Of a stretch of 64,000 nucleotides of DNA, positions 26,843 through 36,007 are shown piece by piece. The notes under the pieces are model-generated. The model searched no databases and had not been told where the DNA came from. It saw nothing but the letters and a program-made list of their open reading frames with translations. The translations under genes and the position numbers were made by a program. This DNA is from an uncultured delta proteobacterium (GTDB lineage Bacteria; Desulfobacterota; Binatia; Binatales; Binataceae): the NCBI GenBank assembly GCA_963765675.1, contig CAVXXK010000001.1, positions 512,001 to 576,000 on the forward strand, written 5' to 3'. The stretch's first letter is position 1, and each line of letters starts with the position of its first letter.

Positions 26843-27917
26843 ATGAACATACAGCAAGCGACCAAAAGCTATGAGACCTGGATGCGCGCCTGCACAACGA
26901 TCATCGAGTCGGAATTGCGATCGAAACATGACCGGATGAGAGATGATCTGTTCATGTTTTTCCGCGGCACGTTTTATCGCTGGGCCCAGCTATGGCCGAA
27001 GGTATGTGACGATCTGCGTGACGCGCCCAAAGTCATCGCGATCGGCGATCTGCACGTCAACAGTTTTGGCACCTGGCGCGATTCGGAGGGTCGGCTCGCC
27101 TGGGGAGTCGATGACTTCGACGAAGCATATCCGTTGCCCTACACCAACGATCTGGTCCGGCTGGCGGCAAGCGTCAAGATAGTTAACCACTCGGGCCATC
27201 TGACGAGCGGCGTCAAGGATGGCTGCGAAATTATTCTGGAAGGATACGAGGAGGCGCTGAAAAATGGTGGCCGCCCGATGGTGCTGGCGGAGCACGAGAC
27301 GATCCTGGAAAAATTGGGAATCGAAGCGATCAAACCGCCTAAAGATTTCTGGAAAAAACTGAACCGGCGTCCCGCCGTGCGCACCCTTCCCAAAGAGGTC
27401 AAAAAGGCGCTGGAGAAAACGCTCCCAGACGTCAACCTCGATTACAAAGTTGTTCTCAGGCAGGCCGGGATGGGAAGTCTCGGACAGCAGCGCTTCGTAG
27501 CGATCGCCCAGTGGCAAGGCGGATGCATCGCGCGCGAAGCGAAGGCGATGGTTCCGTCGGGATGCGCCTGGCGGGACGGCCATACCGGCGATCACAATTC
27601 CTACTACGAGCAGGCGATCGCGTCTGCGGTTCGCGCGCGCGATCCGTTTCAGGTAGTCGTGGGCGAATGGCTGATTCGCCGCCTCTCGCCGGATTCCAAT
27701 CCTGTCGATATCGCCACCCTGCCGAAAAAGCGCGACGAACATATCCTGCTTCATGCGATGGGTTCGGAAGCGGCCAATGTGCATCTTGGCAGCAGGCGCC
27801 AGAGCAAGAATATCTTGAAGGACTCTGCATCGCAGAAAGCCGGACTGGCTGCGCACCGCCGGAAAGAAAATGGCCCGGGCGATTGAAAAAGATTGGAAGA
27901 AATATCGGCAGGCTTGA
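26843..27917 (+). CDS. DUF2252 family (kinase-like) protein with a probable 1-nt frameshift near the C-terminus
   Basis: FFRGTFYRW, GDLHVNSFG, WGVDDFDEA and AGMGSLG; removing one base near 27824 gives KDLHRRKPDWLRTAGKKMARAIEKDWKKYRQA*. Confidence 0.75.
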
Positions 27918-27987
27918 TCGTCGCCGAACGCATCCGGTAGTTAAATAACATCTCTACCATGACCACCCTTTCGACGAAGGCGCCTCA

Positions 27988-29850
27988 GTGACGCTTGACG
28001 TTACGCCTTCGGCGCGTCGCGTGTCCGACGCGGTTCTCGCCACCGTGCTGCGCTTCTGGGGCTTTGAGAGCCTGCGCGCATTGCAGGCAGAAGCGATCAA
28101 GGCCGGCCTTGATCGACGCGATTCGCTGGTCGTGATGCCGACGGGCGGCGGTAAGTCGCTGTGCTACCAAGTGCCGCCTGCGGTCGCCGGACGCACCGAT
28201 ATTGTCGTCTCGCCGCTCATCGCTTTGATGAAGGATCAGGTGGATGCGCTGCGCGCATGCGGTTATCCCGCGATCGCGCTGCATAGCGCAATGGACTTCG
28301 GCGAGATCCGCAATGCCGAGCGCGAGATCGCGACGAGCCGTCCGCATCTCATCTTCGTCGCGCCGGAGCGGATGCTCACGCCGCGATTTAGCGAGCTCGC
28401 ACAACGAATCGGCGTCAGCACCTTCGCGATCGACGAGGCTCACTGCATCAGCCAGTGGGGCCACGATTTCCGGCCCGAGTATCGGCAGCTCGCGGAATTG
28501 AAGACTCGCTTTGCGAGTGCGAGCGTACACGCCTATACGGCGACAGCCACCGAGCGCGTGCGCCACGATATCGTCAAGCAACTGGGACTCAAGGATCCGG
28601 CGGTGTTGGTCGGCTCTTTCGATCGTCCTAATCTTCTCTACCGCGTAATCCCGAAAAGTTCAGTCAAGGCGCAGGTCGCGGATGTTGTGCGCCGCCACTC
28701 CGGCGAAGCGGTGATCGTTTATTGCATCTCGCGAAAGGATACCGAGACGATGGCCGCCTACTTGGCGGACGCGGGCTTTCGCGCTGCGCACTATCACGCC
28801 GGGATGGAAGCCGATGATCGCCGCCGCACGCAAGACCGCTTCGCCGCCGAGGAGATCGACGTCGTCGTGGCAACAGTCGCTTTCGGTATGGGGATCGACC
28901 GCAGTGATATCCGCTGCGTGATCCACGCGGCGTTGCCTAAATCGATCGAGCACTATCAGCAAGAGACTGGCCGCGCCGGGCGCGACGGCCTTCCTGCGGA
29001 ATGCGTCCTCTTCTACTCCGCGGCGGACGCGATGCGTTGGCAGGGATTGCTCGAGCGTAGCGCCGCCGAAGCGGAGGTCCCTGCGCAGGTGCTCGAAAGC
29101 GCAAATCAATTGCTCGAACAGATACGTCGCTACGCTACGGTCGTCGGATGCCGTCATGCCGCGCTGTCCGGCTATTTCGGCGAGCAGTACACGAATCCGA
29201 ATTGCGGCGCGTGCGACCAATGCCTGGGCGAAGTGGAAGGCGTGGCCGACGCGACTATTCTGGCGCAGAAGGTGCTCTCCTGCGTCGCGCGGGTCGAGCA
29301 ACGCTTCGGCGTCGAGCAGGTGGTTGACGTGCTCATTGGCGCCGACAGCGAGCGCGTGCGGCGATGGCATCATGAGCAGCTTTCCACGTACGGATTGTTG
29401 AACGATCTACCGCGCAAGACGATCACCAATCTGATCTATCAGCTCGTGGACGCGTCATTGCTCGAGCGCACCGGCGGCGATCGTCCGATCCTCAAACTCA
29501 ACGCTGACTCGTGGGAAGTTCTACGCGGAAAACGCTCGGTCAAGCTGCTTCAGGCGAAGAAGCCAAGGGCCGCGCGGACTCGCCTCGAGGAAACCAGTTG
29601 GCGCGACGTGGATGAAGCTCTTTACGAGAGCCTGCGCGAATTGCGCCGTGAGATTGCGGTGGAACGCTCGGTCGCAGCCTTCGTGATTCTGCATGACTCG
29701 ACGCTGCGTGATCTCGCCCGTGCGCGGCCTTCGACCATCGAACAGTTGCGCGCAATTCGAGGGATGGGCGAGCGGAAGCTCGCGGATTTTGGCGTCCGCC
29801 TGCTCGAACGAATCAAGCAGTACGAACAATCTCGGCCAACGAGCATGTGA
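27988..29850 (+). CDS. recQ: ATP-dependent DNA helicase RecQ
   Basis: MPTGGGKSLCYQ, DEAHCISQWGHDFRPEY, TATA, ATVAFGMGID, QETGRAGRDG, RQC zinc cysteines and HRDC domain. Confidence 0.97.
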   Translation: MTLDVTPSARRVSDAVLATVLRFWGFESLRALQAEAIKAGLDRRDSLVVMPTGGGKSLCYQVPPAVAGRTDIVVSPLIALMKDQVDALRACGYPAIALHSAMDFGEIRNAEREIATSRPHLIFVAPERMLTPRFSELAQRIGVSTFAIDEAHCISQWGHDFRPEYRQLAELKTRFASASVHAYTATATERVRHDIVKQLGLKDPAVLVGSFDRPNLLYRVIPKSSVKAQVADVVRRHSGEAVIVYCISRKDTETMAAYLADAGFRAAHYHAGMEADDRRRTQDRFAAEEIDVVVATVAFGMGIDRSDIRCVIHAALPKSIEHYQQETGRAGRDGLPAECVLFYSAADAMRWQGLLERSAAEAEVPAQVLESANQLLEQIRRYATVVGCRHAALSGYFGEQYTNPNCGACDQCLGEVEGVADATILAQKVLSCVARVEQRFGVEQVVDVLIGADSERVRRWHHEQLSTYGLLNDLPRKTITNLIYQLVDASLLERTGGDRPILKLNADSWEVLRGKRSVKLLQAKKPRAARTRLEETSWRDVDEALYESLRELRREIAVERSVAAFVILHDSTLRDLARARPSTIEQLRAIRGMGERKLADFGVRLLERIKQYEQSRPTSM

Positions 29851-29856
29851 TCCCCG

Positions 29857-31377
29857 ATGCGTGCGCGAAGCCTTATGGTGATGGGTACGGCGTCTGACGT
29901 CGGCAAAAGCGTCATCGTGACTGGCTTGTGCCGCGCATTCGCGCGCCGCGGCATCCGCGTTGCGCCATTCAAATCGCAAAACATGTCGAACAACGCCGCG
30001 GTATGCGCAGGCGGCGGTGAGATTGGCCGCGCGCAGTGGGTACAGGCGATGGCCTGTGGGCTCGAGCCGTCGGTCGAGATGAATCCGGTTCTGCTCAAAC
30101 CGGAGAGCAGCTCCGGATGCCAGGTGGTGATCGGCGGCAGGGCGCGGTTGCGCATCAACGCGTGGCAGGAGCACGATCGATATCGCGAGAACGCTTGGCC
30201 GGAAATCGTGCGCAGCTACAACTCGCTCGCGGAAAGCTTCGACCTGATCATCGTCGAGGGCGCAGGCGGCGCGGCGGAGATTAATCTACGCGATCGCGAT
30301 TTGGCCAACTGGGAAGTCGCGGACCTCGCCGATGCGGCGGTTCTGATCATCGGCGATATCGACAAGGGCGGCGTGTTCGCGTCGCTCGTCGGAACCGTCG
30401 AGCTCCTCAGCGCGTCCGAGCGGCGGCGCGTCAAGGGACTGCTGATCAACAAGTTTCGCGGCGATCGCGTCCTGCTCGAACCCGGGCCTAGCTTCCTTGA
30501 ACGGCGCACCGGAATCCCCGTATTGGGAGTCCTCCCTTACGAGCGGAACCTCGGGATTCCGCAGGAGGATTCCGCTTCGCTCGAAACGCGCGCACCTGCT
30601 CCGAGCTCGAAGCGGCAGTGAAAATCGGCGTGGTGCGACTTGCCGGAAATATCCAACTACACCGACTTCGCGCCACTCGAGATCGAGCCGGACGTCGCGG
30701 TTCACTATCTGAGTGACCCCGTGTTTGCTCAGAAGGTCGACGTCCTGATTCTGCCCGGATCAAAGACCACGGTCGCCGACCTCAAGTGGCTGCGCGGCGC
30801 CGGATGGGAAGATTACCTCGTCCGCTGCGTGCGACGTGGAGGCTTTGTGCTCGGAATCTGCGGCGGCTACCAAATGCTCGGCCGGCGCATCGCTGATCGC
30901 GATCACGTCGAGAGCGACGACGCTGAGACCGTTGGCCTTGGACTGCTCGATATCGAAACGATCTTCGCATCCGAAAAAGTCACGGATCGCGTAACCGCAG
31001 TTCACCTGCCGACTGGCCTTCCAATCGAAGGATATGAAATTCACTCCGGACGGATCGTGGGCGTAACCGCGGCGAGTGCTCTTTTCAGGATTGGCAGCCG
31101 CGGCCACAGCGCTGTGCAGGATTTCGACGGGGCGCAGTCGGCTGAAGGCAGAATTATCGGAACTTCTATCCACGGAATTTTTGACGCCCCCGATTTCCGG
31201 CGCTCGTTTATCGACATGGTTCGTAAGTCGATAGGACTCGAGCCTTTGGCGGAGTCGGCGCGTTCCGCTTCCACGGCGGATCACAGCGCGGCTTTCGATC
31301 GGCTGGCCGACATGCTGGAAACACACCTAGACATGCGCCGCGTCGCCGCGCTCGTCGGTCTCGACTGGGTTTCCTAA
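29857..31377 (+). pseudogene. cobQ: Cobyric acid synthase, interrupted at 30619 by a compensating -1/+1 indel pair (possible sequencing error)
   Basis: GTASDVGKS, PFKSQNMSNN, MNPVLLKP, EGAG, GDIDKGG, INKFRGD; ISNYTDF, LPGSK, GICGGYQMLG, GYEIH; both halves are in the same frame. Confidence 0.85.
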
Positions 31378-31467
31378 CCGCGCATCGACCGTTGCAAGCG
31401 CCCCGCGATTCGACTACCGACTAATCAAGTTGCCTGCACCGACCGACGACGCGAGGACGATCTCTCA

Positions 31468-32238
31468 ATGCCATATCTCGAACGCGACCACGGAGTGAAG
31501 ATCTACTACGAAGAGCGCGGCGCCGGACCTGCGGTGCTGCTCTCGCACGGATACAGCGCGAGTGCGCGGATGTGGCGGGGACAGATGGAGGCGCTCTCGG
31601 ATCGCTATCATATGATCGCCTGGGATATGCGCGGACACGACCGCTCGGACTCTCCCGACGATCCTGTGCTGTATTCGCATGAGGCGACTATCGCCGATAT
31701 GGCGGCCGTGCTCGACGCGTGCGGCGCCGAGCGTGCGGTGATCGGGGGGCTGTCGCTGGGCGGATTCATGTCGCTCGCGTTTCATTTGGCTCATCCGGAA
31801 CGGACTATCGCGCTGATGCTGTTCGACACCGGCCCCGGCTACAAGAAGGACGGCCCGCGCCAGGAATGGAACCGCATGACCGACGCGACGGCGCGCAATT
31901 TCGAGCGCAACGGAATTGATGCTACGACAGGCAGCCCGGAGACTCGCATAGCGCAGCATCGCAGCGCCCAGGGACTTGCGCACGCCGCCCGAGGGATGCT
32001 GGCGCAGCGCGACGGCAGCGCGATCGAGTCGCTACCGGCCATTCGCGTGCCGACACTGGTCCTGGTCGGGGCGTCGGACGAGCGGTTTTTGCCTTCAGCC
32101 GACTACATGGCGGCGAAAATCCCGGGCGCCGAAAAGGTCGTCCTCGCAGGCGCCGGACATGCCGCCAATATCGACCAACCCGAGGCTTTCAACGCGGCGG
32201 TAAGCAAATTCCTCAGTCGAGCTGTCGCCCGAACCTAG
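31468..32238 (+). CDS. Alpha/beta hydrolase
   Basis: LSHG, WDMRGH, GLSLGG and AGHAANI motifs. Confidence 0.9.
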   Translation: MPYLERDHGVKIYYEERGAGPAVLLSHGYSASARMWRGQMEALSDRYHMIAWDMRGHDRSDSPDDPVLYSHEATIADMAAVLDACGAERAVIGGLSLGGFMSLAFHLAHPERTIALMLFDTGPGYKKDGPRQEWNRMTDATARNFERNGIDATTGSPETRIAQHRSAQGLAHAARGMLAQRDGSAIESLPAIRVPTLVLVGASDERFLPSADYMAAKIPGAEKVVLAGAGHAANIDQPEAFNAAVSKFLSRAVART

Positions 32239-32366
32239 CCGATTGCCAACGGTGGTCAACGCCGTTCGCTGCCGTCGCGCGCATAAGACATAGGCGCATC
32301 GGCCCGCGATATTCGCTAACATCGCGGGAGTGATACTACCCGTCCCTTCACAGACCGAGCCGCCTT

Positions 32367-33518
32367 ATGCCAGCTGAGCGCAAGGCCGCCGACGCGGGCT
32401 CCGTCACCTTCGAGCGGGGCTCTGACTCCTCGCTCACCATTCATCTGTCGGGCTCGTGGCGGATGCGCCATGGGCTGCCGACGGGAGACCTGCTGAACCG
32501 GGAGCTGATGCGTTCGGGCGAGATCCAGCGCGTCGTGTTCGAGGCCAGCGACCTTGGGGACTGGGATTCCGGCCTGCTGATCTTCGTCACGCACGCAATC
32601 GACACCTGCAAAGCGCGCAAAATTGACACTGACGTCTCCGGCCTGCCCGCCGGAGTTAAGCGGCTGATCGACCTCGCCGAGGCGGTCCCTGAAAACAAGG
32701 ACGCAGAGACCAAAGTCAAAGCTCGCCCATTCGTCGAGAGGGTCGGGCGAGCGACGATCAACTACCTGGACGGCCTTGATGAGTTCGTCAATTTCCTGGG
32801 CGCGCTCGCGATCGCGTTTGGCCGTTTGATCGCCGGCAAAGCGAGATTTCGGCGCGTCGATCTGATGATCGAAATCCAGGATTGCGGCGCGCGCGCGTTT
32901 GGAATCGTCACGCTGATCAGTTTCCTGGTCGGCGTGATTCTGGCCTTCATGGGCGCGGTTCAGTTGCAGCAGTTCGGTGCTTCGATCTACGTCGCAGACC
33001 TGGTCGCGATCGGGATGGTGCGGGACATGGGCGCGATGATGACGGCGATCATCATGGCCGGACGCACCGGCGCCGCGTTCGCCGCGCAGCTCGGCTCGAT
33101 GAAGGTCACCCAGGAGATCGACGCGCTGACGACGATGGGTCTCGCGCCGATGGAGTTCCTGGTATTGCCGCGCGTGCTCGCGCTGATCCTGATGATGCCG
33201 CTTTTGTGCGTTTACTCGGACATGCTTGGCATTCTCGGCGGAGCCGCGGTGGGAGCCGGGATGCTCAATATCTCGCTCGGCAGCTACATGCGCGAAACCG
33301 TCGCCGCAATCGAGCTGGGTGGGGTGTTCGGCGGAATTTTCAAAGCAACCGTGTATGGCGCGATTATCGGAACCGCGGGATGCCTGCGCGGGTTCCAGTG
33401 CGGCAGCAGCAGCTCGGCGGTCGGCGACGCGGCAACCAGCGCGGTCGTGACCGGAATCGTGTATGTCGTCGTGGCATGCGGAGTGTTTGCGGTACTGTTC
33501 AATATTCTTGGAATCTGA
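32367..33518 (+). CDS. mlaE: MlaE-family ABC permease with N-terminal STAS-like domain
   Basis: WDSG; MAGRTGAAFAAQLGSMKVTQEIDAL, LVLPR and VGDAATSAVV motifs. Confidence 0.9.
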   Translation: MPAERKAADAGSVTFERGSDSSLTIHLSGSWRMRHGLPTGDLLNRELMRSGEIQRVVFEASDLGDWDSGLLIFVTHAIDTCKARKIDTDVSGLPAGVKRLIDLAEAVPENKDAETKVKARPFVERVGRATINYLDGLDEFVNFLGALAIAFGRLIAGKARFRRVDLMIEIQDCGARAFGIVTLISFLVGVILAFMGAVQLQQFGASIYVADLVAIGMVRDMGAMMTAIIMAGRTGAAFAAQLGSMKVTQEIDALTTMGLAPMEFLVLPRVLALILMMPLLCVYSDMLGILGGAAVGAGMLNISLGSYMRETVAAIELGGVFGGIFKATVYGAIIGTAGCLRGFQCGSSSSAVGDAATSAVVTGIVYVVVACGVFAVLFNILGI

Positions 33519-34367
33519 GTGGTGGATAAACATTTGAGCGAAACCCAGAGCATCCAGACCGCGCGACCGCGCACAAAGTCCGTCGAGACTGACATCGTCG
33601 TGCGCAATCTTACGATGGCGTACGGCGATTTCGTCCTGATGCGCAATCTGAATTTCGACGTCAAGCGCAGCGCCGTGTTCATCATCATGGGCGGCAGCGG
33701 ATGCGGCAAAAGTACGCTGCTGCGCCACCTGTTGGGCCTCAAAGAGCCGGCCAAAGGAGAGATTCTTTACGGCGACCTGAACTTCACCCACGCCGCCCCC
33801 GACGCACGCGAGCAACAGCTACGGCGCTTCGGCGTGCTCTACCAGGGCGGAGCACTGTGGAGCTCGATGACGCTGGCGGAGAACATCGGGCTTCCGCTCG
33901 AGGAGTTCACGGACCTTTCGACCGCAGAAATTCGCCAAGTCGCGTCGCTAAAATTATCGCTGGTCGGACTAAAAGGTTTCGAGGACTACTACCCGAGCCA
34001 GATCAGCGGCGGGATGCAGAAGCGCGCGGGCCTGGCGCGCGCGATCGCTCTCGATCCGGAAATCCTGTTCTTCGACGAACCGTCGGCCGGGCTCGACCCG
34101 ATCAGCTCGCGGCTGCTCGACGAGTTGATCCTTGAAATCCGCGACTCGCTCGGCGCCACGGTCGTGGTGGTGACGCACGAGCTCGCGAGCATCTTCGCGA
34201 TCGGCGACGACAGCATCTTTCTCGACGCCGACAGCCATACCGCGATTGCCCACGGCAATCCTCGCGAGTTGCTCGAACACTCGACCGATCCTCGCGTGCG
34301 CCGTTTTCTGACCCGCGGCGTCGAAGGCGAACCTGAAGCGGCGGAGGGCGGCAAGGCGGGAAAATAA
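33519..34367 (+). CDS. mlaF: MlaF/Mkl-family ABC ATPase
   Basis: GGSGCGKS, ISGGMQKRAGLARA, FDEPSAGLDP and VTHE motifs. Confidence 0.92.
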   Translation: MVDKHLSETQSIQTARPRTKSVETDIVVRNLTMAYGDFVLMRNLNFDVKRSAVFIIMGGSGCGKSTLLRHLLGLKEPAKGEILYGDLNFTHAAPDAREQQLRRFGVLYQGGALWSSMTLAENIGLPLEEFTDLSTAEIRQVASLKLSLVGLKGFEDYYPSQISGGMQKRAGLARAIALDPEILFFDEPSAGLDPISSRLLDELILEIRDSLGATVVVVTHELASIFAIGDDSIFLDADSHTAIAHGNPRELLEHSTDPRVRRFLTRGVEGEPEAAEGGKAGK

Positions 34368-34370
34368 TCG

Positions 34371-35360
34371 ATGGGCAAGAAAGTCAATCCAACCATGGTG
34401 GGCGTGTTCGTTCTGGGCGCCCTGGCTCTGGTGATTATCGGAATAATCGTGATCGGCGGCAGCAATATTTTTCGCCGCTCGCATCGCTTCGTGCTGTACT
34501 TCAGCAGCGACGTTAATGGCCTGCGCGTCGGCGCACCGGTCAAGTTTCGCGGCGTCGAGATCGGCTCCGTGGTCGCGGTGATGCTGAGCGTGCCGGGAAT
34601 GGAAGGCGGCCTTGCGCAGAACAGCTCCCAGATCAGGATCCCGGTCGTGATTCAGCTCGACTCGGCCAAGCTGATAAGCCACGGTGCGGAGGTCAACCTG
34701 GAAGATCCGGAAGAGATGCAGCAGGCGATCGCGATGGGGCTGCGCGGACAGCTCGCGACTGAGAGCATCCTGACCGGTCTGCAGTATGTCGATCTGGATA
34801 TGCATCCCCAGGATCCGGCCAAGTTCTTTCTCGGCAAGAATTCTCCCTATCCCGAAATCCCGACGCTGCCCACCACCTTCGAACAGGCGCAGATCGCGAT
34901 CACCAGGGTCCTGACCGCGCTGGAGCAAATCGATTTCAACAAATTGGTCAAGGAAGTGACCAAAACCATGGAGGCGGTGACGAATCTAGTGACTTCGCCC
35001 AAGCTCAACGCCTCAATCGACGCGCTCAATCGCACCGCCAACAGCCTCGGTGCCAGCGCGCAAAGCATCCAGCGCCTGTCCGATACGCTCAACCGGAAGA
35101 TTGATCCGATCTCAAAGAGCCTGGTCGCGACAACCGACCAGGCGCGCCAGACGCTCAGGCAGACTCAGGACACGCTGGCTGCCGTGCAGGCGTCGGTGGG
35201 GCCGGGGTCGCCGGTCAATTACGAGCTGACGCAGACGCTCCAGGACACCGCGCAGGCCGCGCGCTCGCTAAAGCAATTGACCGACTACCTGCAACGTAAC
35301 CCGAGCTCGTTGTTACGCGGACGCGCGCAACCGGAGGAATCGAAGGGGGTTTTGAAATGA
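34371..35360 (+). CDS. MlaD/MCE family protein with helical extension
   Basis: N-terminal transmembrane segment, GLRVGAPVKFRGVEIGSV, coiled-coil region, YLQRNPSSLLRG. Confidence 0.92.
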   Translation: MGKKVNPTMVGVFVLGALALVIIGIIVIGGSNIFRRSHRFVLYFSSDVNGLRVGAPVKFRGVEIGSVVAVMLSVPGMEGGLAQNSSQIRIPVVIQLDSAKLISHGAEVNLEDPEEMQQAIAMGLRGQLATESILTGLQYVDLDMHPQDPAKFFLGKNSPYPEIPTLPTTFEQAQIAITRVLTALEQIDFNKLVKEVTKTMEAVTNLVTSPKLNASIDALNRTANSLGASAQSIQRLSDTLNRKIDPISKSLVATTDQARQTLRQTQDTLAAVQASVGPGSPVNYELTQTLQDTAQAARSLKQLTDYLQRNPSSLLRGRAQPEESKGVLK

Positions 35361-35983
35361 AGCGCGCCGCGCAATTCGTCGCGATCGCAATTCTGACCAT
35401 CGCGGGTGCCGCCGCCAGCGGCTGCTCGCTCGGCCTTCAGCCGCGGCCCGACGACTCGAAATTCTTCGTGCTCTCCCCGGTCGCCGCCTCGCCGTCGTCA
35501 TCGTCGGCAAGCGGCAGCGCGATGGTGATTGGAATCGGTCCGATCAAGCTGCCCGATTATCTCGAGCGCCAGGAAATCGTGACCCGCGTCGCGCCCAACC
35601 GGATGGTTCTGTCCGGCACCGACCGTTGGGCGGAGGGACTCGACGGCAACTTTACGCAGGTGTTCGCGCAGGACCTGGGCGCGACGCTCGGCACTCAACG
35701 CATCGTATTTTTTCCGTGGTACCGAACCGCGACGATCGACTACCAGGTGCAGCTCGACGTTTATCGCTTCGAGAGCGACGGCTCCGGCACCGTCACGCTG
35801 ACCGCGCATTGGCAGATCCTCGATCACCTCGGCAAGATGCTCTACGTGACGGACTCGACTTTCACCGCGACCGCCGCCTCGCGAAGCACCACCGCCGTCG
35901 TAGCCGCGATGAGCACAGCTTTGGGCGACCTCGCGCAGGAAATCGCGTCAAAGATCGCGTCGCTGCCCGCGCCGAGAAGATAA
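35357..35983 (+). CDS. PqiC-family ABC auxiliary lipoprotein
   Basis: Lipobox ASGC; IGPIKLPDYLERQEIV and RWAE.L motifs. Confidence 0.88.
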   Translation: MKRAAQFVAIAILTIAGAAASGCSLGLQPRPDDSKFFVLSPVAASPSSSSASGSAMVIGIGPIKLPDYLERQEIVTRVAPNRMVLSGTDRWAEGLDGNFTQVFAQDLGATLGTQRIVFFPWYRTATIDYQVQLDVYRFESDGSGTVTLTAHWQILDHLGKMLYVTDSTFTATAASRSTTAVVAAMSTALGDLAQEIASKIASLPAPRR

Positions 35984-36007
35984 GCCGGCTCAGCTATCGG
36001 CAGACCA

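Noticed and set aside
30619-30621. Stop-codon readthrough in cobQ (both halves share a frame)
   Set aside because: Readthrough gives KSAWCD, whereas the shifted frame gives the family-like VKIGVVRL, so paired indels explain it better.
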